A DNA stretch of 64,000 bases, from assembly GCA_964019425.1 (NCBI GenBank), contig OZ025785.1, positions 558,001-622,000 on the forward strand, written 5' to 3'. Made by a program: the position numbers and the translations under genes. Position 1 is the first letter of the stretch, and the number at the start of each line of letters is the position of its first letter. Source of the DNA: Flectonema sp. DT1601 (lineage: Eukaryota). The notes under the pieces were generated by a model. That model saw nothing but the letters and a program-made list of their open reading frames with translations, had not been told where the DNA came from and searched no databases. Below, in pieces: positions 23,837 through 33,314 of this stretch.

Positions 23837-24749
23837 AAACCTTAAAGCAGCAGATGTGTTGAGCGGTTTTTCTGTACGGGATGTTTCCTAAACAAATTAT
23901 GAGCTGCGTACAACAGAGCTGTCAATTTGGGTTTTCCTTTTCTTTCATTCTTTAACTTATAGACTGCTTGTTCTTTTTTTTTTTTTTTTTCTTCTTTTCA
24001 TTTCGTGTCCAGTTTGATTCTGGTTGAGGAGAAAAGAAAAAAAAAAAAATATTAAAAAAAAAAAATAACGCGATGTTTTTTTCCTTAAAACTTTTTTTTT
24101 TACCTTTTTCACGTGTGATAACCTTAGTTTATTTAAAAAAAAAAAAAATCTTGTTATATTCCTGTTACATGACATAGAGTTGCGGTTTTTTTGCTCTTTT
24201 CTTTCTTCCTTGCTTTTTCTTTATTCTGAAGCTCTTTCTTTTTTTTTTTATCTTCTTTATTCTAAATTCTTTCGCTTTGGAGCGAAATGAAACGGGGGTT
24301 TTTTTTTTTGCAAAGAACCCCCCCGACTGCCTGAACAGTATTTATACCCATACGCTCACAGCGCAAGGGTTCGCTTTGATTACACCTGTTGATGATTCAT
24401 CTCAGAACATCGACTTTATTGGTGTCGGAGTTTGATGTTTGGCAGTGCAATTATAATGACTAGTTGTCATGGTTTTGCTTTAAATAATAAAAATTCCACT
24501 CTATTTTTTTTTTTGTTTTTCTGTTGTTTTTGAACCCATTCTTCCCTCCAGTTGTCGATAACGGATTTTTCCAATCATCCATCGCAAGAAGGAAAAAAAA
24601 AAAAAAAAAAAAAAAAAAAACGCCACTGAGGGATGCCGAAAGCTCCCCTTTCTCCGGAGTAAAAAAAAAAAAGAACATCCGCATCACGACGATATTCTAT
24701 ATTTCCTTTCTCACAGTCTTAAAACAGTATCGTTTTATAAAAAAAAAAA

Positions 24750-25115
24750 ATGGGTAAGAACAAAGGACCTGCAAAGACCGATCCAAAGGCGAAAGGTAAA
24801 GGAAAAGAAGAACCAAAAAAAGATGAAAAGGCGATTGATTCTCAGGAAGTTAGACATATCTTAAGTGAAAAACACGGTCAGGCAGTAGACATATTGAAAA
24901 TGATAAACGAGGGAAAAATAACATTTAATGAAGCTGCTCGTACCTATTCGCAAGACAAAGCTGGTCGTTCAGGTTTAATCGGATGGAGGAGAAAGACAGA
25001 ACTAGACCCTGCTTTCTGGGACGCAGCCTGTCTTGTTCCAGTAGGTGAATTCACACAAGAGCCAATCAGAACTCCATTTGGATACCATATCATCATGGTT
25101 CAAGCTCGTAAGTAA
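24750..25115 (+). CDS. PIN4: Parvulin-type peptidyl-prolyl isomerase (PIN4/Par14-like)
   Basis: Basic N-tail, VRHILSEKH, FNEAARTYSQDKA, IRTPFGYHIIMVQARK. Confidence 0.9.
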   Translation: MGKNKGPAKTDPKAKGKGKEEPKKDEKAIDSQEVRHILSEKHGQAVDILKMINEGKITFNEAARTYSQDKAGRSGLIGWRRKTELDPAFWDAACLVPVGEFTQEPIRTPFGYHIIMVQARK

Positions 25116-25543
25116 GTAAGCTGGTAACAATCGGAATGCTTAATTTCTATGTGGTGACAAGGTTTGTTTCAGGGTACCGTGTTTAACGACACTTTATTGA
25201 GACGGAAATAAAGAAAATGAGGCAAAAAACCCAGCGTTTACCTCTAACCATCTAAGACGCTGGGTTCTCAGGCGATCGGTGAATAAACTTCAGACTTTGC
25301 GAACAACCACTTTTGTCAAATTTTTTTTTTGATTAGTCTGAATGGAAGAGGAGAAAAAAAAAAAAAAAAAAAAGAACGAAAAAAAAAAAAAAAATGAAAT
25401 GAAATGAAAGTTAAAAAATGAATTTAAGAAAAAAAAAAAAAAAAATAGCGTTGTCACGTACTTTCAGGTTGAGGATCAACATCTCTAATGTAAAGTTATA
25501 ATCTACTTACCTAATAAGATGGGAGGGCTATAGTATTTGAAAT

Positions 25544-26559
25544 ATGTCTCGTCAGGCCTTAAGCACAGCACATGACGGCTGCATACATGACTTACAGGTA
25601 TATTGATTTCTTTCTATTAATAAGTTGTTAAGGGAAGTAATGGTGTTTCCACCATGGCAATAAAAAAAAAAACCGAAAAACAGATGAACTCAAACGGTAG
25701 ATATTTAGCAACGGCAGGGTCAGACGGATGTGTGAAAGTCTTTGAGGTTAAAGGAGGTGACGACCTCGAAATTGCAAGCATAAATGCTCACGAAGGAGGA
25801 GTATGGCAGGTCGCATGGTGCCACACGAGAGCTTCAGGTGGAGCAAAGATGTTAGCATCAGCAGGAGAGGATGGCAGAGTCTGTATTTGGAAGGAAAGTG
25901 GTAGTAAGTGGGACTGTACTCACACAGTAGAACACGTCCACGGTGGAGGTGCCGTAGCTATCGCTTGGGCTCCATTTGAATTCGGAGCGATTATTTCATC
26001 CGCTGGCGCCGATGGTATGGTAGCAGTCTGTACACGTGACTCTCAAGGCTGGAGCACTACTCACTTCACAGCTCACAGCGGAGGTGTAACTGGAATCAGT
26101 TGGGCGCCATTTCTATCAAGCGGATCTCTTATAAAGCCAGTCCCACTTCAGAATCTCGCATCGCTAATGAGATTCGTAACGTGTGGTTGTGATGGTCATT
26201 TAGTAATATGGAAACACAACCAACCCCTTGCAAGATGGGAGACAATTCAAGTCCTCTCAGAGCATTGTAGAAATGGTGTTGTTGCTATCAGAGATGTCCA
26301 GTGGGCTAAGAATTGTGGACTTCCGTTTGATTATATCGCAAGTTGTGCAGATGATAAAACAGTAATTATATGGAGACAAGAGGTTTCTGATAAAAGTTGG
26401 AATCATCGAATCATAATTAGAACAACAGATACCATTCCTTGTAGAGTATCTTGGTCACTAACAGGATCACTTCTCGCTGTATCTTTTGAAAACCGCGCTG
26501 TCTCTCTTTGGAAAGAAGAGCGAAGTGGAGACTGGGCAGAGGTCTCTAGAATAAGTTAG
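25544..26559 (+). CDS. SEC13: SEC13 WD40 protein (COPII/nuclear pore); exons 25544-25597, 25684-26559
   Basis: Spliced N-terminus TAHDGCIHDLQ|MNSNGRYLATAGSD matches SEC13 HxDxIHDxQxDxxGxxLAT; also HEGGVWQVAW, IAWAPFEFG, RDVQWA, VSWSLTGSLLAVS. Confidence 0.9.
25598..25683 (+). other. GT-AG intron (SEC13)
   Basis: GTATAT..GAAAAACAG; restores the conserved SEC13 N-terminus. Confidence 0.9.
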
Positions 26560-26957
26560 TATAAAATGGCTATATTATTTGGTCCATTACTTTCCGACTG
26601 TAGCTTCCCAACGACTAACCCTAACTTGTTGTTCAATTTCAATGAAATATATTTTTATTATTATTGTCTTGGTTGTTGGTAACTGAGGCAGGATTCAATG
26701 TCAATACATTATAGTCCCTTTGAGATGTTAACAGCGACTTTTTTTTTTTTTTGATTTTTTAAAAAAAAAAAAAAAAACTTTGAGAATGATAGATGTAGTT
26801 GACAGGGCAGCAGTGAGCGAATTACAGCCAATCCTTGTCAACCAAAACAAACGATAAGTTATAATTGCTTTGCATTCAATTTTTTTTTTTTCAAAAATTA
26901 TTTTTTTTTTTTCCTCCTAAACCCCTTACACAGGAATATACCAAAACAAAACAAAAA

Positions 26958-27696
26958 ATGGGTCCATTATACAGAAAATTGAAGAAACATGAACAAAAAT
27001 TACTCAAAATTACCAACTTTATGCAGTATAGAGAAGAGAGTAAAACACACGAAGATAAGGTTATCAGGAACTACTATTTACAAAATAGAGAAGATTACAA
27101 AAGATATAATAAATTGACTGGTGAGGTTACATCCCTGGTTCATCATTTAAGGTATTTAAAGTCAGGTTCGAAGGTTAGAATACAGATTACGCAACAGCTG
27201 TTAGAAAAACTTCACAACATGGGAGTCACTGATCAAAAAGATTCCCTCGCTGGTATTGAAAAATTAACAACCGCGTCGTTTTGTAAACGTCGACTACCAG
27301 TCGTGTTGCGAAAGCTAAACGTATGGATTTTTTTTTTTTTTTTTGTACCTACAAAACTCGTTGTTTCGGTTGAAAGAGAATTGTGGCAAAGATAAGATTT
27401 TACTGGTTTGCGCCACAAAACAAAAAATGTGAAGTAAAAAAAAAAAAGTGAATTTGGCGTTCTGAAAAAACAAAACAAAATAAAAAAAAATACAGATGGC
27501 CCAGACCATGGAACTAGCAGTCAAATATGTTGAACAGGGTCATGTTAGAGTGGGTCCTCATCAGGTTAACGACCCAGCTTTCTTAGTCCCAAGACCACTA
27601 GAGGATCATATTACGTGGTTAGACTCTTCCACTATTCGTGAGAAGGTTAAAAAATATAACCGTACCTTCGATGATTATGAACGTGAGAATGATTAA
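26958..27696 (+). CDS. IMP3: U3 snoRNP protein IMP3 (S4 domain); exons 26958-27320, 27496-27696
   Basis: RKLKKHEQKLLK, REDYKRYNKL, ASFCKRRLPVV|MAQT..VEQGHVRVGP..DPAFLVPR..EDHITW; phase-0 intron. Confidence 0.95.
27321..27495 (+). other. GT-AG intron (IMP3)
   Basis: GTATGG(A)(T)n..AAAAAAAAATACAG; restores IMP3. Confidence 0.92.
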
Positions 27697-27968
27697 TTTT
27701 ATATCAAAAACAAAGAAAAGAAATTTCAGTCACGTCATTTATTTCATTTTTTTATTTTTTTTTATTTCCGATCAAAATTAGTTATTAGTCCTGTTTATTA
27801 TCAATTTATGAAGAAAATTATTACTACGTATTCCTCAAGCACTTATATCTATCATCTTTATCCAAGCAGGTTCTTTCAGTAAGTTAGGGAAATTTAAATT
27901 GTCGTGCAATTAGTTGTTTATAATACTTTCAATTCTCCAACAGTTTTCACCACTACTCGAATCTTATA

Positions 27969-30900
27969 ATGTTTCGGATTGCTGTCGCTTCATCAGCAGT
28001 AGCTGTCGCTTTGGGATGCTTCCCAACTTGCGATGATGACTGCAACAGATTATCACCTCCACAACTTGGTGAGGTGACTAGACTGAGGAAACTTAAGGAG
28101 AAGTGTACTTCTGGAGAGGAAGTTGTGTTCAACGTTGACTACAATCCTTGTACTCATAATTTAGATTATAAAGTACGAACACCAGACAATTGTGAACAGA
28201 GACAGGGAAATGTGTTTACATGCAAGAACAATAAGAGGTGTAAAGTTATCCCATTCCTTACTGAATTAAAGTTCTGTGACTGCTCTTCAAGTTCGGGACC
28301 TTCACCTCCAGTTCGCTGTACGGATGATGCGAGGAAGTGTCCTGACGGCTCCTCTGTTGGTAGAGATGCCGACAACAAATGTGAGTTCCACCCTTGCCCT
28401 GATCCATGTGATGGAGCTTGTAAGTTCAATCAGGACTGCTTGTTGAAGAATGTAATTACGTGTCCTGAGGGAATGGTGTGCCCTCCAACTGTTGTTTGCG
28501 TTGATAAGCCTTGCAACAAGAAGTGTCCAGCTGGAGATGTATGCGAACACATGGTTGCTCCGTGTCTGATTCCACCATGCCCAGTGATCGAGACATGCAA
28601 GCCTGTTGTTCAGCCAAAGTGTGACAAGGATTGCCCAAAGGGTGAGGTTTGTGAGATCGTTGTTGCTCCATGTCTGACTCCACCATGTCCAGAATTCCCA
28701 ACATGCAAGCCTGTTGTTCAGCCAAAGTGTGACAAGGAATGTCCAAAGGGTGAGGTTTGTGAGATCGTTGTTGCTCCATGTCTGACTCCACCATGTCCAG
28801 AATTCCCAACATGCAAGCCTGTTGTTCAGCCAAAGTGTGACAAGGAGTGCCCAAAGGGTGAGGTTTGTGAGATCGTTGTTGCTCCATGTCTGATTCCGCC
28901 ATGTCCTGAATTCCCAACATGCAAGCCTGTTGTTCAGCCAAAGTGTGACAAGGAATGCCCAAAGGGTGAGGTTTGTGAGATCGTTGTTGCTCCATGTCTG
29001 ATTCCGCCATGTCCAGAATTCCCAACATGCAAGCCTGTTGTTCAGCCAAAGTGTGACAAGGATTGCCCAAAGGGTGAGGTTTGTGAGATCGTTGTTGCTC
29101 CATGTCTGACTCCACCATGTCCAGAATTCCCAACTTGCAAGCCTGTTGTTCAGCCAAAGTGTGACAAGGAATGCCCAAAGGGTGAGGTTTGTGAGATCGT
29201 TGTTGCTCCATGTCTGATTCCGCCATGTCCAGAATTCCCAACTTGCAAGCCTGTTGTTCAGCCAAAGTGTGACAAGGAATGCCCAAAGGGTGAGGTTTGT
29301 GAGATCGTTGTTGCTCCATGTCTGATTCCGCCATGTCCAGAATTCCCAACATGCAAGCCTGTTGTTCAGCCAAAGTGTGACAAGGATTGCCCAAAGGGTG
29401 AGGTTTGTGAGATCGTTGTTGCTCCATGTCTGATTCCGCCATGTCCTGAATTCCCAACATGCAAGCCTGTTGTTCAGCCAAAGTGTGACAAGGATTGCCC
29501 AAAGGGTGAGGTTTGTGAGATCGTTGTTGCTCCATGTCTGATTCCGCCATGTCCTGAATTCCCAACATGCAAGCCTGTTGTTCAGCCAAAGTGTGACAAG
29601 GATTGCCCAAAGGGTGAGGTTTGTGAGATCGTTGTTGCTCCATGTCTGATTCCACCATGTCCAGAATTCCCAACATGCAAGCCGGTTGTTCAGCCAAAGT
29701 GTGACAAGGAATGCCCAAAGGGTGAGGTTTGTGAGATCGTTGTTGCTCCATGTCTGATTCCGCCATGTCCAGAATTCCCAACATGCAAGCCTGTTGTTCA
29801 GCCAAAGTGTGACAAGGATTGCCCAAAGGGTGAGGTTTGTGAGATCGTTGTTGCTCCATGTCTGATTCCGCCATGTCCAGAATTCCCAACATGCAAGCCT
29901 GTTGTTCAGCCAAAGTGTGACAAGGATTGCCCAAAGGGTGAGGTTTGTGAGATCGTTGTTGCTCCATGTCTGATTCCGCCATGTCCTGAATTCCCAACAT
30001 GCAAGCCTGTTGTTCAGCCAAAGTGTGACAAGGAATGCCCAAAGGGTGAGGTTTGCGAGATCGTTGTTGCTCCATGTCTGATTCCACCATGTCCAGAATT
30101 CCCAACTTGCAAGCCTGTTGTTCAGCCAAAGTGTGACAAGGAATGCCCAAAGGGTGAGGTTTGTGAGATCGTTGTTGCTCCATGTCTGATTCCACCATGT
30201 CCAGAATTCCCAACTTGCAAGCCTGTTGTTCAGCCAAAGTGTGACAAGGAATGCCCAAAGGGTGAGGTTTGTGAGATCGTTGTTGCTCCATGTCTGATTC
30301 CACCATGTCCTGAATTCCCAACTTGCAAGCCTGTTGTTCAGCCAAAGTGTGACAAGGATTGCCCAAAGGGTGAGGTTTGTGAGATCGTTGTTGCTCCATG
30401 TCTGATTCCGCCATGTCCTGAATTCCCAACATGCAAGCCTGTTGTTCAGCCAAAGTGTGACAAGGAATGCCCAAAGGGTGAGGTTTGTGAGATCGTTGTT
30501 GCTCCATGTCTGATTCCGCCATGTCCAGAATTCCCAACATGCAAGCCTGTTGTTCAGCCAAAGTGTGACAAGGATTGCCCAAAGGGTGAGGTTTGTGAGA
30601 TCGTTGTTGCTCCATGTCTGATTCCGCCATGTCCTGAATTCCCAACATGCAAGCCTGTTGTTCATCCAAAGTGTGACAAGGATTGCCCAAAGGGTGAGGT
30701 TTGTGAGATCGTTGTTGCTCCATGTCTGATTCCACCATGTCCAGAATTCCCAACATGCAAGCCTGTTATTCAGCCAAAGTGTGACAAGGAATGCCCAAAG
30801 GGTGAGGTTTGCGAGATCGTTGTTGCTCCATGTCTGATTCCACCATGTCCAGAATTCCCAACTTGCAAGCCTGTTGTTCAGCCAAAGTGTGACAAGGAAT

Positions 30901-32156
30901 GCCCAAAGGGTGAGGTTTGTGAGATCGTTGTTGCTCCATGTCTGACTCCACCATGTCCTGAATTCCCAACATGCAAGCCTGTTGTTCAGCCAAAGTGTGA
31001 CAAGAAGTGCCCAAAGGGTGAGGTTTGCGAGATCGTTGTTGCTCCATGTCTGATTCCGCCATGTCCTGAATTCCCAACATGCAAGCCTGTTGTTCAGCCA
31101 AAGTGTGACAAGGATTGCCCAAAGGGTGAGGTTTGTGAGATCGTTGTTGCTCCATGTCTGATTCCGCCATGTCCTGAATTCCCAACATGCAAGCCTGTTG
31201 TTCATCCAAAGTGTGACAAGGATTGCCCAAAGGGTGAGGTTTGTGAGATCGTTGTTGCTCCATGTCTGATTCCACCATGTCCAGAATTCCCAACATGCAA
31301 GCCTGTTATTCAGCCAAAGTGTGACAAGGAATGCCCAAAGGGTGAGGTTTGCGAGATCGTTGTTGCTCCATGTCTGATTCCACCATGTCCAGAATTCCCA
31401 ACTTGCAAGCCTGTTGTTCAGCCAAAGTGTGACAAGGAATGCCCAAAGGGTGAGGTTTGTGAGATCGTTGTTGCTCCATGTCTGACTCCACCATGTCCTG
31501 AATTCCCAACATGCAAGCCTGTTGTTCAGCCAAAGTGTGACAAGAAGTGCCCAAAGGGTGAGGTTTGCGAGATCGTTGTTGCTCCATGTCTGATTCCGCC
31601 ATGTCCTGAATTCCCAACATGCAAGCCTGTTGTTCAGCCAAAGTGTGACAAGGATTGCCCAAAGGGTGAGGTTTGTGAGATCGTTGTTGCTCCATGTCTG
31701 ATTCCACCATGTCCAGAATTCCCAACATGCAAGCCTGTTGTTCAGCCAAAGTGTGACAAGGATTGTCCAAAGGGTGAGGTTTGCGAGATCGTTGTTGCTC
31801 CATGTCTGACTCCACCATGTCCTGAATTCCCAACTTGCAAGCCTGTTGTTCAGCCAAAGTGTGTCAAGGATTGTCCAAAGGGTGAGGTTTGCGAGATCGT
31901 TGTTGCTCCATGTCTGACTCCACCATGTCCAGAATTCCCAACTTGCAAGCCTGTTGTTCAGCCAAAGTGTGTCAAGAAGTGTGAATATGGTAACGATTGC
32001 GTCATCACAGACCACGAAGATTCATCGACCTGCAAGCCTTGGTCTGAGATTGGATGTTCTGACAAGCCGTGCAAGGCAGGATACACTTGTGTTGATGTAA
32101 AGAGAATCTGCAAGACTGCCCCTTGTTATCAATATGAGTGTAGTTTGTTGTTTTAA
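27969..32156 (+). CDS. Cysteine/proline-rich secreted repeat protein (1395 aa), paralog 2
   Basis: Signal-like N-terminus; 31 copies of the 36-aa unit CKPVVQPKCDKxCPKGEVCEIVVAPCLxPPCPEFPT; no TM or GPI-like tail. Confidence 0.9.
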   Translation: MFRIAVASSAVAVALGCFPTCDDDCNRLSPPQLGEVTRLRKLKEKCTSGEEVVFNVDYNPCTHNLDYKVRTPDNCEQRQGNVFTCKNNKRCKVIPFLTELKFCDCSSSSGPSPPVRCTDDARKCPDGSSVGRDADNKCEFHPCPDPCDGACKFNQDCLLKNVITCPEGMVCPPTVVCVDKPCNKKCPAGDVCEHMVAPCLIPPCPVIETCKPVVQPKCDKDCPKGEVCEIVVAPCLTPPCPEFPTCKPVVQPKCDKECPKGEVCEIVVAPCLTPPCPEFPTCKPVVQPKCDKECPKGEVCEIVVAPCLIPPCPEFPTCKPVVQPKCDKECPKGEVCEIVVAPCLIPPCPEFPTCKPVVQPKCDKDCPKGEVCEIVVAPCLTPPCPEFPTCKPVVQPKCDKECPKGEVCEIVVAPCLIPPCPEFPTCKPVVQPKCDKECPKGEVCEIVVAPCLIPPCPEFPTCKPVVQPKCDKDCPKGEVCEIVVAPCLIPPCPEFPTCKPVVQPKCDKDCPKGEVCEIVVAPCLIPPCPEFPTCKPVVQPKCDKDCPKGEVCEIVVAPCLIPPCPEFPTCKPVVQPKCDKECPKGEVCEIVVAPCLIPPCPEFPTCKPVVQPKCDKDCPKGEVCEIVVAPCLIPPCPEFPTCKPVVQPKCDKDCPKGEVCEIVVAPCLIPPCPEFPTCKPVVQPKCDKECPKGEVCEIVVAPCLIPPCPEFPTCKPVVQPKCDKECPKGEVCEIVVAPCLIPPCPEFPTCKPVVQPKCDKECPKGEVCEIVVAPCLIPPCPEFPTCKPVVQPKCDKDCPKGEVCEIVVAPCLIPPCPEFPTCKPVVQPKCDKECPKGEVCEIVVAPCLIPPCPEFPTCKPVVQPKCDKDCPKGEVCEIVVAPCLIPPCPEFPTCKPVVHPKCDKDCPKGEVCEIVVAPCLIPPCPEFPTCKPVIQPKCDKECPKGEVCEIVVAPCLIPPCPEFPTCKPVVQPKCDKECPKGEVCEIVVAPCLTPPCPEFPTCKPVVQPKCDKKCPKGEVCEIVVAPCLIPPCPEFPTCKPVVQPKCDKDCPKGEVCEIVVAPCLIPPCPEFPTCKPVVHPKCDKDCPKGEVCEIVVAPCLIPPCPEFPTCKPVIQPKCDKECPKGEVCEIVVAPCLIPPCPEFPTCKPVVQPKCDKECPKGEVCEIVVAPCLTPPCPEFPTCKPVVQPKCDKKCPKGEVCEIVVAPCLIPPCPEFPTCKPVVQPKCDKDCPKGEVCEIVVAPCLIPPCPEFPTCKPVVQPKCDKDCPKGEVCEIVVAPCLTPPCPEFPTCKPVVQPKCVKDCPKGEVCEIVVAPCLTPPCPEFPTCKPVVQPKCVKKCEYGNDCVITDHEDSSTCKPWSEIGCSDKPCKAGYTCVDVKRICKTAPCYQYECSLLF
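28596..31943 (+). repeat. Coding tandem array, 31 x 108 bp
   Basis: (31944-28596)/108 = 31 exact units. Confidence 0.95.
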
Positions 32157-33314
32157 TTTGATTGCTGACTATGAAACAACAAAAGAAATAATCAGCGTCT
32201 CTCTGTAGAACTGCGGTTTAGTGGCCGTGCTGATAATTGTTCTGAAATGTTTCTTTATTATGTCTCTTATGTTTTTCCCTCTCCAATTTCTTTTTAAAAA
32301 TTGTTTATTTTATTGTTGTATTCAAATCAGAAAATTGAATTAAAGAAAACTAATTACGACATCTCACTGTAGAATTGCGGTATCTTAACCGTGTTGATTA
32401 TGTTTTTAATAATTCATTCTGATGAGATGTGATTGAGTAGCTGAGCTATTTCTTTTGAACATTATTAAAAAATAAAAGTGAAAAATAAAGATCTTCAACT
32501 TGTCTTGATGAGGTGATCTGTTGAATGTGACTACATGATAATTTCTTTAGTTATATTTATTATTATTTTTTAATTTCATAATTTGTTTTTAATATTTGTC
32601 AAAATTTTGAAAAGAGGCAATGCACTTTAACACGTTAAGAAAACAGCGAAAATTAACATTTTAAAATTGATTTCAATTTCCTCTCTATTTTCTTTCGTTT
32701 TTTAGCAAAAAAACTATTTAGTTTCTCCCTTCTTGTTAACAATAGGAAGGGAGATTATTATTTTATTATCAACTCTCTTTTTCTGAATACTTCCATCTCA
32801 ACTCGTCGACGATGAGTAATATTTGTATTGACAAATATCGTTATTTGATTTTTAAGTTTTGTCGTGTATTATAAGTATTTCCTTTTCAGTTACTAATAAT
32901 ATGAATAAGAACTTCAGCAGTGATTTCTTTATTTCATTTTATACATTCGGATGATAAGAATTTCGAAGTTTTCTTTTCTCTGAATAATTGATTGACTGGA
33001 TTTGAGGGAAACAACGAAGTCATAGAAACGGTGTTAAATAATTGAAAGCTGACGTCATAAATGTGTCAATCTCTGTTTCGGTTGTACATTCACACTTATT
33101 GGTTGTTCTTAATTGTTTATATTTGCTTATCTCAGTCTACTGATGCGGTCACAGTTAGTAACGTCCTCAGTAGTTTTGGAGGAGTCTGTTTTTGATTTGC
33201 TTCATCTTAAACCAAACTACTTTTATCAGTCAGATCGATATTAGTTGTCGTGCAATTAGTTTTAAATAATACTTTTAATTCTCCAACAGTTTTCACCACT
33301 ACTCGAATCTTATA

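Noticed and set aside
24414..24424. ACTTTATTGGT resembling the euglenozoan spliced-leader exon/intron junction
   Set aside because: The preceding TTTCTGT and the rest of the SL exon are absent.
23957..24757. Short K/F-rich ORFs in intergenic DNA (also near 9952, 18088, 60110, 62936)
   Set aside because: Produced by poly(A)/poly(T) tracts; no protein-like composition.
26614..26626. CTAACCCTAAC telomere-like sequence
   Set aside because: Fewer than two full units; expected by chance.
28302..32015. 1237-aa and other long minus-strand ORFs over the 108-bp arrays (also 28456-30756, 34708-36447)
   Set aside because: Shadows of a repeat unit that lacks stops in those frames; they break wherever a unit variant creates a stop, and they oppose the cluster strand.
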